A stretch of 64,000 nt of DNA from Gemmatimonadaceae bacterium (lineage in GTDB: Bacteria; Gemmatimonadota; Gemmatimonadetes; Gemmatimonadales; Gemmatimonadaceae). The translations under genes and the position numbers were made by a program. Below the pieces are notes generated by a model. That model did not search any database. It worked only from the letters and a program-made list of their open reading frames with translations, and was not told the DNA's origin. Within the stretch, counting starts at the first letter, position 1. Each line of letters begins with the position of its first letter. Shown piece after piece: positions 56,235 to 64,000 of this stretch. The stretch lies in contig JBHYGA010000005.1 in assembly GCA_051859245.1 (NCBI GenBank), forward strand, positions 256,001 to 320,000. The letters are read 5' to 3'.

Positions 56235-58589
56235 CTACAAACAAACCCGCGCCGCTTCCTCCGCCGTGCGGCGCATTGGCTCGGCATAGCCTTGCTTGCC
56301 CCGAATGATCTGATCCTGTTCGCGCAGCATCTGGCACGCGGATTCCCGATCACCACGTGCGTATCGCAGGGTGCCAAGCGCCCGCAGCGTGGCGGCCAGA
56401 CTCGAGCTGCGAGACGGGCCACGTCGCTGAATCTCAAGCGCGTGCAGCAGCAAGGATTCTGCCGGCGCCCACTGCTGTGATTCCATGAGCAGTCTGGCGT
56501 AGTGCACTTCATCTTCCGCGACGTCGTCATGATCGCGGCCGAGCAAGCGATAGCGCAAGTCGAGTCCGTTACGCACGAGTGTGCGTGCCGAATCGACATC
56601 TCCGAGCCCGTGCATGGTCAGGCCGAGGTTGATGTAGCCGTTGCCCACTTCCGGGTTATCCTCGCCAACGCGTTCGCGCAGAATGGCCAGCGCTTGCTCG
56701 TACTGGTATTTCGCTTGCGTGTACGCACCTCGTGCACGCAGCGTGTGTCCGAGGTTGCGACGGCTCTGCGCAAGGGACATGCTTTGTGTTGGACGATACA
56801 ACGAATCCATGAAGAGTGCCGAGCGAATCAGACTGTCGGCCTCGAGCGCGTAACCGCGTCGCACAAGATGTACGCCCAGAGCGTTGAGGCCACGCGCCGT
56901 GCTGCTCGCCGTGTCACCTTTGAGGCGCCGAACCAGATCGAGACTCTGCCGCAACTCCTGCTCACCGTCGTTGCCACTGCCGGCGTAACTCAACAAGAGT
57001 CCCAGGTTTTGCAGATGTGCGGCGATTGTGAGCGAGTCTGGACGATCGCTTTTGCTATCGTACGCAAGTGCAAGTCGAGCAGCGTGCACCGCGCCGCCAA
57101 AATCACCCACGCCAAAATACGCGGAGCTGATCTGTGACAGCAGCCGCGCGGCGTCGATTGGAGCACCCACAAAGTCCCGTTCGATCCGCGCGACGGCACT
57201 GTCGAGCATGCGGCTTGGCGTTGGCAAACCGCCCGTTGTCGCGTACGGATACAGCGAGCTAAACATGCTCATCAAAAATCCGTTCACGCGTTCGGCACGG
57301 TCACTTTGCGCAATCGCGATCATGGCTTCGGACCGGATACGTCGTGACTGCACTGCCGTGATCGTGGTGAACGACAGCAGCACAACCGATGCGACTGCGC
57401 CGAGCACCACGGCGCTCCGATGTCGCGTCCAGAATCGTGTCAGGCGATAACCAAGCGTTGCCGGCCGTGCGCGCACCGGTCGATTCGCGAGAAAGCGTTC
57501 GATATCGCTCGCCAGGGCGTCGACCGTACGGTAGCGGCCCGTTGGCGCAAATCGCAGCGCCGTGCTCAGGATCGCATCCAGATCCTCCGAGACGCGCAAT
57601 CCAGAATCACGTACTTGCGACGCGGGCGGGATGTCCTCGCGCTCGAGCACATCGAGCCAACGATGCGGCGGCACATTGCCGAGATCAACCGGCCGACGAC
57701 CGGTGAGCAGTTCATACAGCATGACACCGAGTGAATACACATCGCTCGCCGTAGACACTGATTCACCACGCAGCTGCTCAGGACTCGCGTACGCCGGTGT
57801 GATCAACATCGTTGGTGGACCGTCTGCTGCAACGATCGCGGCATTCGCGCTGTTGTCCGCATCGGCGAGCACTTTGGCCACACCAAAGTCGAGCAGTTTG
57901 ACATTGCCACCGGCGGTTACCAGCACATTCGACGGCTTGATGTCACGATGAATCACCAGATTTTCGTGCGCGTATTGCACCGCGGCGCACGTTTGCAGAA
58001 AGAGTTGCAGGCGCGCCGTCAGCGACAGCTTGCGCGCCGTCGCATGCTCCACCAGCGGGAGTCCCTGCACGTACTCCATCGCGAAGTAGGGACGTCCATC
58101 CTGCGCCACACCGCCGTCGAGGAGCCGCGCAATGTTGGGGTGCACAAGGCGCGCCAGTGTTTGCCGCTCACTCAGAAAGCGCTGGGCAAAGCTGAGGTTC
58201 GCACGTGTGTTCTGCCGGACCACTTTGAGTGCCACTGGCATGTCGAACTGCCCGTCGGCACGTTCGGCATAATACACCACGCCCATGCCACCATCGCCGA
58301 TGCGGCGCGCAATGCGGTACGGGCCCACCAGCGATCCGGCGTCGAGCAACTCGCCATTGCCCTGCTCGGCGAACACGGGCAACAGTGGAGCGGCCAGATC
58401 AAAAGCCGTGCCGGAAAAAATCTGATCGTCATCCCTGAGCATGCGCTGAACGGCGACATGCAACTCCGGATCTTCGCGCGCGCAGCGTGACAGCCACACG
58501 TCTCGTTCGGCGCCGGTGAGTTCGAGCACCGTGTCGAGCGCCGGTTCGAGACGAGCCCAGAGATCTGACGACTCCAGCGGATGACTCAT
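56235..58589 (-). CDS. ECF-associated Ser/Thr kinase with TM and TPR repeats
   Basis: GDGGMGVVY.AERADGQF, HRDIKPSN, DFGVAK, TPAYASPE; kinesin-light-chain-like TPRs. Confidence 0.92.
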   Translation of the reverse strand: MSHPLESSDLWARLEPALDTVLELTGAERDVWLSRCAREDPELHVAVQRMLRDDDQIFSGTAFDLAAPLLPVFAEQGNGELLDAGSLVGPYRIARRIGDGGMGVVYYAERADGQFDMPVALKVVRQNTRANLSFAQRFLSERQTLARLVHPNIARLLDGGVAQDGRPYFAMEYVQGLPLVEHATARKLSLTARLQLFLQTCAAVQYAHENLVIHRDIKPSNVLVTAGGNVKLLDFGVAKVLADADNSANAAIVAADGPPTMLITPAYASPEQLRGESVSTASDVYSLGVMLYELLTGRRPVDLGNVPPHRWLDVLEREDIPPASQVRDSGLRVSEDLDAILSTALRFAPTGRYRTVDALASDIERFLANRPVRARPATLGYRLTRFWTRHRSAVVLGAVASVVLLSFTTITAVQSRRIRSEAMIAIAQSDRAERVNGFLMSMFSSLYPYATTGGLPTPSRMLDSAVARIERDFVGAPIDAARLLSQISSAYFGVGDFGGAVHAARLALAYDSKSDRPDSLTIAAHLQNLGLLLSYAGSGNDGEQELRQSLDLVRRLKGDTASSTARGLNALGVHLVRRGYALEADSLIRSALFMDSLYRPTQSMSLAQSRRNLGHTLRARGAYTQAKYQYEQALAILRERVGEDNPEVGNGYINLGLTMHGLGDVDSARTLVRNGLDLRYRLLGRDHDDVAEDEVHYARLLMESQQWAPAESLLLHALEIQRRGPSRSSSLAATLRALGTLRYARGDRESACQMLREQDQIIRGKQGYAEPMRRTAEEAARVCL

Positions 58590-58636
58590 GTGGTCAAGGC
58601 GAGGTGGCGTGAAAATTCGGTGGAGCGTTCCTGCCG

Positions 58637-59218
58637 TTAAGGCGTCGAGTCGGGTACGTCTCCGGACATCACGGCCGCGAGCCACGCCTTGGCCTTGATC
58701 CAGTCGCGGCGCACAGTGCGTGCGGTCACACCAAGCGCCGCCGCAGTTTCCTCTTCTGTCATCCCAATAAAAAATCGACACTCCACGACCTGCACCAATC
58801 GTGGCGAGAGCGCGCCAAGTCGCGTAAGCGCGTCGTCAAGTGCGATCAAGGTGTCGGCCGACTCATCGACAGACACCGGGAGCTGGTCGAGATTGACAGC
58901 GATCGGAGTCTGACCACGCTTGAGTGCATGTCGTCGACGTGCGTGGTCCACCAGAATGTGCCGCATGGCCGTGGCCGCCACGGCGAGAAAGCGGCTCCGA
59001 TCCTCCCACGGGATACGCGTGGAATCCACGAGGCGAAGATACGCCTCGTGGACGAGTGCGGTCGTGTCGAGGGTGTGTCCCGTTCGTTCGCTGCTAAGCG
59101 CATGTCGCGCGATACGCCGGAGCTCGTCGTACACGAGTGGAAACACGACCTGCGCCAGCGCCGGATCGACGCCGAGTGCCAGCACCTGCTCGGTCAGGTC
59201 GTCGGGAGAATCGGTCAT
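58637..59218 (-). CDS. ECF sigma factor (Sig-70_X6 / TIGR02999-like)
   Basis: PLVYDELRRIA..GHTLDTTALVHEAYLRL..MRHILVDHARRR..VECRFF.G..TVRRDW.KAKAWL. Confidence 0.93.
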   Translation of the reverse strand: MTDSPDDLTEQVLALGVDPALAQVVFPLVYDELRRIARHALSSERTGHTLDTTALVHEAYLRLVDSTRIPWEDRSRFLAVAATAMRHILVDHARRRHALKRGQTPIAVNLDQLPVSVDESADTLIALDDALTRLGALSPRLVQVVECRFFIGMTEEETAAALGVTARTVRRDWIKAKAWLAAVMSGDVPDSTP

Positions 59219-59368
59219 GCGGGTGGCGCGGAGGGCATGCTGGGAAGGTTGGGCGCTGAGCTCGACTACCGGGCGCCACGGAATGTACGGGCGACCATGG
59301 AGCGAGCTCAACCGTGCCACGCCAACGGTTCATGCCTGCGCTTGCCAACCGCTGTACGCGCCCGCCTC

Positions 59369-60304
59369 TTACAGCGCGTTTTGTACGCCGCGCCGCCGCA
59401 CCCAACCGGCCGCGACGATGCCTGCGGCGAGTAGATACAGGGCAGACGGCTCGGGTACTGCTGGTGGTGGCTCAACTGGAGCGGAGGCACCACACACGTC
59501 CCCAAAGTTCGTGAACGTGCCGTCAGCGTCACCAAAACTGGTGTTGGTATCAAGGTAGCGATCGCAAAATGCGGCCACGCCAAAGTCAGCGCCGCTGAAC
59601 TGCGCATAGGTGGTGACACCCACCGTGTTGACCTCATTCACGTCGAACCACGCTTCCGTGAACGTGGAAAAGCGATACAGTCCGTCGCCACACGTCCACA
59701 CTTCGGTTGCGAAGATTGCGTCAATGCTCCCGCTGGCCGCGCCCACCCCACAGCCACCGATGTACTGCGTCGTGGTCAGCGCGGTCGCGTCGTCGTACAC
59801 GCCGAGCACGTTGATGAACGACAGAAAATTGTTGCTGGAGGAGCTGGTGCTGCTCTGCGCCGAGTGCCGCCAGCCGTCGCTGTAGATCGGATCGGGCGCC
59901 GGATAGCTGCTCACGTAGAAGAGCGGCGCGAGCAGTTGCGCGTCGTCGATCACGTCAACGGCACCGACGTTCCCGATCTCCGCGCCAGCGTACGAAAAAA
60001 AGAAGCCGGTGAGCGCGCTTCGGAGCGCCGCGTCAGCGGTCGTGCCCTCATTGTGCCGCACATCTATATCAACGCCGGTCCCAATGCGCGCGCCGCCGTC
60101 ATTGAACAGGGCCGTGGTGGTGAGCTCCAGCCACGTGCACGACTGGACGCCCACCGTGAAGCAGCTTTGAAAACTTCGCGTCTGGGCCTGCGCCGATGCG
60201 GCCGAAACCAGCATTGCAATCGCCAGGCCCAGGCACCGTGCCCATGCGGGCACGTGCATCGATCGGGTCTGCCCGCAATCCGCGGGGTGAGTGGTCGAAG
60301 ACAT
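59369..60304 (-). CDS. PEP-CTERM sorting domain surface protein
   Basis: Signal peptide; VPEPSALYLLAAGIVAAGWVRRR. Confidence 0.88.
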   Translation of the reverse strand: MSSTTHPADCGQTRSMHVPAWARCLGLAIAMLVSAASAQAQTRSFQSCFTVGVQSCTWLELTTTALFNDGGARIGTGVDIDVRHNEGTTADAALRSALTGFFFSYAGAEIGNVGAVDVIDDAQLLAPLFYVSSYPAPDPIYSDGWRHSAQSSTSSSSNNFLSFINVLGVYDDATALTTTQYIGGCGVGAASGSIDAIFATEVWTCGDGLYRFSTFTEAWFDVNEVNTVGVTTYAQFSGADFGVAAFCDRYLDTNTSFGDADGTFTNFGDVCGASAPVEPPPAVPEPSALYLLAAGIVAAGWVRRRGVQNAL

Positions 60305-60774
60305 CAGCGACCGTCCGTGGGCGACAGATGCTGTCGGACGACCTGAAGGTGCAGCGCCAGCGCGCCCCGATCGGCTTCGTCAATGAGTAATGCACTTTGC
60401 GAGTACTGGAGGGCGAGCTCAGCGTCATACACGGCTGCGGCCAGCGTCTCGCGCGTGCCGTGCTGCAGCGCACGGTGCAGCACGGTGAAGGCCACGGCAA
60501 CGGGCGCGTCGGCCGGAGTGTCGCCGAGTACGCGCGTGCGCGCGTCGCCAATCAGATCCGACAACACGCCGCGTTGCATTGTGAGCAGCGGCAGCTGAGC
60601 CGATACCTCGGCGAGCGGTTCGGGCGCCACCGGTGACGTGTCGGTGCAGGCACCCAGCCCACCTGCGAGCAGGGCGAACGAGAGCGCGAGTCGGCGCGCC
60701 GACACGTGATGAGACACGGCCGCTGACGCCGAATCGACCGGCGGAAGTGGAGCGGGCAATAGTGAAGCAGACAT
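60304..60774 (-). CDS. Small lipoprotein, hypothetical
   Basis: AGGA RBS; lipobox GLGAC. Confidence 0.65.
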   Translation of the reverse strand: MSASLLPAPLPPVDSASAAVSHHVSARRLALSFALLAGGLGACTDTSPVAPEPLAEVSAQLPLLTMQRGVLSDLIGDARTRVLGDTPADAPVAVAFTVLHRALQHGTRETLAAAVYDAELALQYSQSALLIDEADRGALALHLQVVRQHLSPTDGR

Positions 60775-61006
60775 GGGATTCCTGGATAGGGAGTGACGCG
60801 CGTGCGGCCGTGTACACGAACGGCCAGAGGGACGCGGACAAGGTCGTGCGCGCCATCGCCGCCGCGTCACCTGATTCTCACTCCGCTCTCATCCGGAGGA
60901 AAAACAAGCTGGTGATAGGCAGGAGAAGGGCTCGGCGAGCTTGTTGTCCGTTCGCCCGGGCCACTTCCGGCCAGCTCGTTATCACCACTCGTTCAAGGAC
61001 TTCCGT

Positions 61007-62545
61007 ATGTCTTCCAACAGCTCGAAGCAGAGCACGCGATGGTTGTTCGCTCTTTCCGCGTCGGTACTTGGCGCGATGCTGCCGACCGCTCCGGTGTCGG
61101 CTCAGGCCGTGCTCACCGCCTGTTACGTGCCGGCTTCCGGTACCGTCTATCGCATCAAGGTCACGAACACCCCGACCAAATGTTTGCAGCCCACGCATGT
61201 GGAGTTCAGCTGGACCGACGGCGCGGAAGCCGCCGCGTCGCTGCAGAACGCGGTCAAAAAGACAGACGTGGCGGCCGGTGATGTCACGGGTGTGTTCAGT
61301 AACCTCACGGTTGGCAAGTTGCTGGGCCGGACGCTGGCCACGACGCCGCCCACTGATGGGCAGATGTTGGTGTGGAATGCCAGTGCGTCCGCGTGGGAGC
61401 CGAAGACGGTTGCGGCCGGTGGTGGTGGTGGTACGTCAGACCATGGTGCGCTCACCGGACTCGCCGACGACGACCACGCACAGTACCTGCTGAGCAACGG
61501 GGTGAGACAGAGCAGCGGTTTTGCGGTGCGGTCGGAGTTTGGCGATGGGCTTCCCGTGATTGACGGCACGGGCACAGGATCGGGATTCCTGTGGTATGGC
61601 GACAAAGGCGCGTTGCGCGCAGGAGTTTCGGGGGTTAACCCCTGGAGTGCCGCGCTCATTGGAAGGTCGTCGACGTCGTTCGGAGAGTCGAACCTGGCGT
61701 CGGGAGAGGCCTCGGTGACTATTGGTCTGGGCTCGACGGCTACCTCCTTCGCGAGCGTGGCACTGGGTAACAACGCCAACGCAACGGCCGCGAATGCGGT
61801 AGCGATCGGTCGCGCCGCAGCAGCCTCAGGCGAAGAGGCCATCGCGCTGTCGCGCGGTACGGCCAGCGGCTATAGCTCGCTCGCGTGGGGTGACTTTGGT
61901 GTCGCCACCAGCGCTGGGGCGCTGGCGTTTAACGGAAGGGCCACAGGTGCAAGCAGCATGGCGTTCGGATATCGCTCGGACACGGATGGAAAGACGGGCA
62001 GCGTGGTGTTTGCGGTAGCAGGTGGCTTGAACTCATCAATCCGGCCCGCGACTGCCGGCCAGTTCGTAATCTCCGCGCCGCACATTTTTCTCGGTCATAA
62101 CGCCGACCCCGTCGCCACACTTGATCGCTTCATCGAAACCGGCCCCGGCGCATATCTCACCTCGGGTGGCGTGTGGACGAACGTGTCCGACTCAACCAAA
62201 AAGACCGCGTTCCGCGCGGTGAACGGCGAGCAAGTGCTCACCAAGCTGGCCACGCTCCCGGTCTACACGTGGCAGTACGCGGCCGAGTCGGATTCCGTAC
62301 GTCACATGGGCCCCACGGCGCAGGCGTTCCGCAAAGCATTCGGTTTGGGCGACAGCGAGCGCGCCATCAGCACTGTCGACATTGACGGTGTGGCCATTGC
62401 CGGCGTACAGGCGCTCGAGCAGCGTACGCGCGCCTCGCACGCTCGCATCGCAACACTCGAGCGGGAGAACGCCGAACTCGCGGCCCGCCTTGCACAGCTG
62501 GAAGCGCTCGTGGCCAACATGGTCGGCTCCTCCACTCGGCGATAG
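61007..62545 (+). CDS. Secreted trimeric fibre/adhesin with YadA-like head repeats and a peptidase S74 chaperone domain
   Basis: Signal peptide; ASGEASVTIG/ATSFASVALG repeats; NVSDSTKK, WQY..HMGPTAQAF..FGLG..DIDGVAIAGVQAL; coiled coil. Confidence 0.85.
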   Translation: MSSNSSKQSTRWLFALSASVLGAMLPTAPVSAQAVLTACYVPASGTVYRIKVTNTPTKCLQPTHVEFSWTDGAEAAASLQNAVKKTDVAAGDVTGVFSNLTVGKLLGRTLATTPPTDGQMLVWNASASAWEPKTVAAGGGGGTSDHGALTGLADDDHAQYLLSNGVRQSSGFAVRSEFGDGLPVIDGTGTGSGFLWYGDKGALRAGVSGVNPWSAALIGRSSTSFGESNLASGEASVTIGLGSTATSFASVALGNNANATAANAVAIGRAAAASGEEAIALSRGTASGYSSLAWGDFGVATSAGALAFNGRATGASSMAFGYRSDTDGKTGSVVFAVAGGLNSSIRPATAGQFVISAPHIFLGHNADPVATLDRFIETGPGAYLTSGGVWTNVSDSTKKTAFRAVNGEQVLTKLATLPVYTWQYAAESDSVRHMGPTAQAFRKAFGLGDSERAISTVDIDGVAIAGVQALEQRTRASHARIATLERENAELAARLAQLEALVANMVGSSTRR

Positions 62546-62551
62546 TCGCTC

Positions 62552-62983
62552 ATGACCGCTGACCAGATCGCGACGATTCGCTCCACCTGGTCGTTGATCG
62601 GCGCCACCACCGACTCGGTGGCGCCACTTTTCTACGACCGGCTGTTCACGAATGCGCCAGAGTTACGCGCGCTCTTCATACACGCGGATATCGCGTCGCA
62701 GGGCGAGAAGTTGCGTCAGACCATTGCCGTGGTGGTGCACAGCCTCGACGACTTGTCGCGCATCCTGCCAGCCGTCGAAGCGCTTGGTCGCAGACACGGC
62801 GGCTACGGTGTGCGCGACGAACACTACGCAATTGTTGCGACGGCGCTGCTCGATACGTTTGCCGATGTGCTCGGTGACGCGTTCTCCGAGCCGGCGCGTG
62901 AGTCGTGGACGCTCGCCCTCAACACGCTCGCTGGTGTCATGCAGCACGCCACGCACCGCGTCGATATTCCGGTCGTGTCGTGA
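62552..62983 (+). CDS. Single-domain globin (flavohemoglobin-like globin domain)
   Basis: LFYDRLF..P..RALF, QGEKL, LGRRH..YGV..HY..V..ALL. Confidence 0.92.
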   Translation: MTADQIATIRSTWSLIGATTDSVAPLFYDRLFTNAPELRALFIHADIASQGEKLRQTIAVVVHSLDDLSRILPAVEALGRRHGGYGVRDEHYAIVATALLDTFADVLGDAFSEPARESWTLALNTLAGVMQHATHRVDIPVVS

Positions 62984-63393
62984 GCGCCGTCGAAGAACAC
63001 GCGGCGCTTGCCCTGGTTTGTGACGCAGCGGAACAGTTGCGGAACAGCATGACGAGCGCCTGGACTGTTCGGCTCGCGACGCTGCTGCAGTCGCACTCGT
63101 CGGTCATTCCCGTACCGCGTGTGGAGGCGCTCGCCGATGAATGGATGGCGCTCTTGCTGGCAATTCTGCGTCAGCCGTCTGACCACCCGATCGTCGTGGC
63201 TCGCATCACGGAGCTGTTCATGTGGGGGCGTTCGCATGAGATCCCCTCGGGCGTGCACGCGCCGGCCGTACAAGCCCTGGCGTGGGCCTTTCGAGACGTA
63301 CTGCTCGACCGATTCCCGGCCGTTGCGGCCGCGGCCATGCACCACCACGAATCGCTCATCGCGCGGCTGGCCAGTCGCGTGACGCCGCCGTGA
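62980..63393 (+). CDS. Divergent globin-fold-like protein
   Basis: GTGA overlap; C-terminal half aligns ungapped to the upstream globin. Confidence 0.6.
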   Translation: MSAVEEHAALALVCDAAEQLRNSMTSAWTVRLATLLQSHSSVIPVPRVEALADEWMALLLAILRQPSDHPIVVARITELFMWGRSHEIPSGVHAPAVQALAWAFRDVLLDRFPAVAAAAMHHHESLIARLASRVTPP

Positions 63394-63505
63394 CCTGCCC
63401 CCTGCACTCAGGCCGGCGGCGTGACTTTCGCCAAGCCGCGCATGAGGTCATGATGTTGTGGCGCCAGAGCATCCGAGCGCGCATTCGACCCGATCACTCG
63501 TGTAC

Positions 63506-64000
63506 ATGAATCGGCTGGTCACGTTCGGCGGCTGTGCCGTCGTCTCTACAACCGGTGAAGTCAAGGGCGCGGCCACGCAGCAGCGTCGTTTGGCGATTCT
63601 CGCGGTGCTGGCGCGCGCGGGTGAACGTGGTGTCTCGCGTTCAACCTTGTTGTCCCTGTTCTGGCCCGATGAGCCGGATGAAGAGCGCGGGCGCAAGGCG
63701 CTGTCGCAGGCCACGTACGCGCTGCGACGCGATCTGGGCGATGAGCGCGTCATTGTCGGGACGCACGAACTTCGGTTGGACACGGAGTACTTGCAAACCG
63801 ATGTGGGAGAGTTTGCGGCGCATATGCGTAGTGGGCGATTCGCTGACGCCGTCGCGCTGTACGATGGTCCGTTCCTCGATGGGTTTCATCTGGTGGGTGC
63901 GCCAGCGTTCGAACGTTGGGCCGAAGAAGAACGGCGCGTACTGGAGCGCGACTTCGGCAAAGCGCTCGAGAAGCTCGCGAACGAGGCCGAGCAACAGGGT
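63506..64000 (+). CDS. SARP/BTAD transcriptional activator domain protein (runs off window)
   Basis: MNRLVTFGG..RRLAILAVLA..SRSTLLSLFWPD..ALSQATYALRRDLG..LYDGPFLDGF..FERW. Confidence 0.88.
   Translation, partial: MNRLVTFGGCAVVSTTGEVKGAATQQRRLAILAVLARAGERGVSRSTLLSLFWPDEPDEERGRKALSQATYALRRDLGDERVIVGTHELRLDTEYLQTDVGEFAAHMRSGRFADAVALYDGPFLDGFHLVGAPAFERWAEEERRVLERDFGKALEKLANEAEQQG

Noticed and set aside
61007..62545. Prophage tail gene
   Set aside because: Has a signal peptide and no neighbouring phage genes
1..64000. CRISPR array or cas genes to accompany the CHAT protease
   Set aside because: No regularly spaced direct repeats or Cas-like ORFs seen

Overview
GC-rich bacterial DNA. The gene content (PadR-ADOP permease pair, PEP-CTERM proteins, ECF sigma/Ser-Thr kinase pair, BTAD regulator) suggests Gemmatimonadota or a similar lineage; this is inference. 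1-7.6 kb is the end of a Wzx/Wzy exopolysaccharide locus with a clan GH-A hydrolase, and 7.9-10.9 kb is PadR plus an ADOP permease. The standout is 11-40 kb, a cluster of exported caspase-clan proteases: one TPR-CHAT and three peptidase C14 proteins, all with intact His/Cys dyads and signal peptides. They lie with an M48-TPR protease, a YD-repeat protein, several uncharacterised secreted proteins and two ECF sigma / single-pass anti-sigma pairs. The intergenic DNA holds two ECF-type promoter motifs. TGAC-N15(16)-CGnCAT occurs 7 times, in front of essentially every transcription unit from 25.7 to 40 kb. G(A/C)GAA..-N10-TGTCCnTCT occurs 3 times around the CHAT module. Most proteins of the cluster, including both anti-sigmas, carry an xR(G/S) linker motif that could be a shared Arg-specific cleavage site. 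Together this suggests a CRISPR-independent, extracytoplasmic caspase-to-anti-sigma-to-ECF signalling system (hypothesis). 40-64 kb holds a Ser/Thr kinase, an HD protein, three toxin-antitoxin pairs with visible operators, an amidase, a hybrid kinase with a Cys-less LOV-like domain, an ABC transporter, proC, an NSS transporter with an unlisted small partner ORF, a photolyase, an ECF/STK module with surface proteins, tandem globins and a truncated BTAD regulator. No rRNA, tRNA, CRISPR array or integrase/transposase was recognised.
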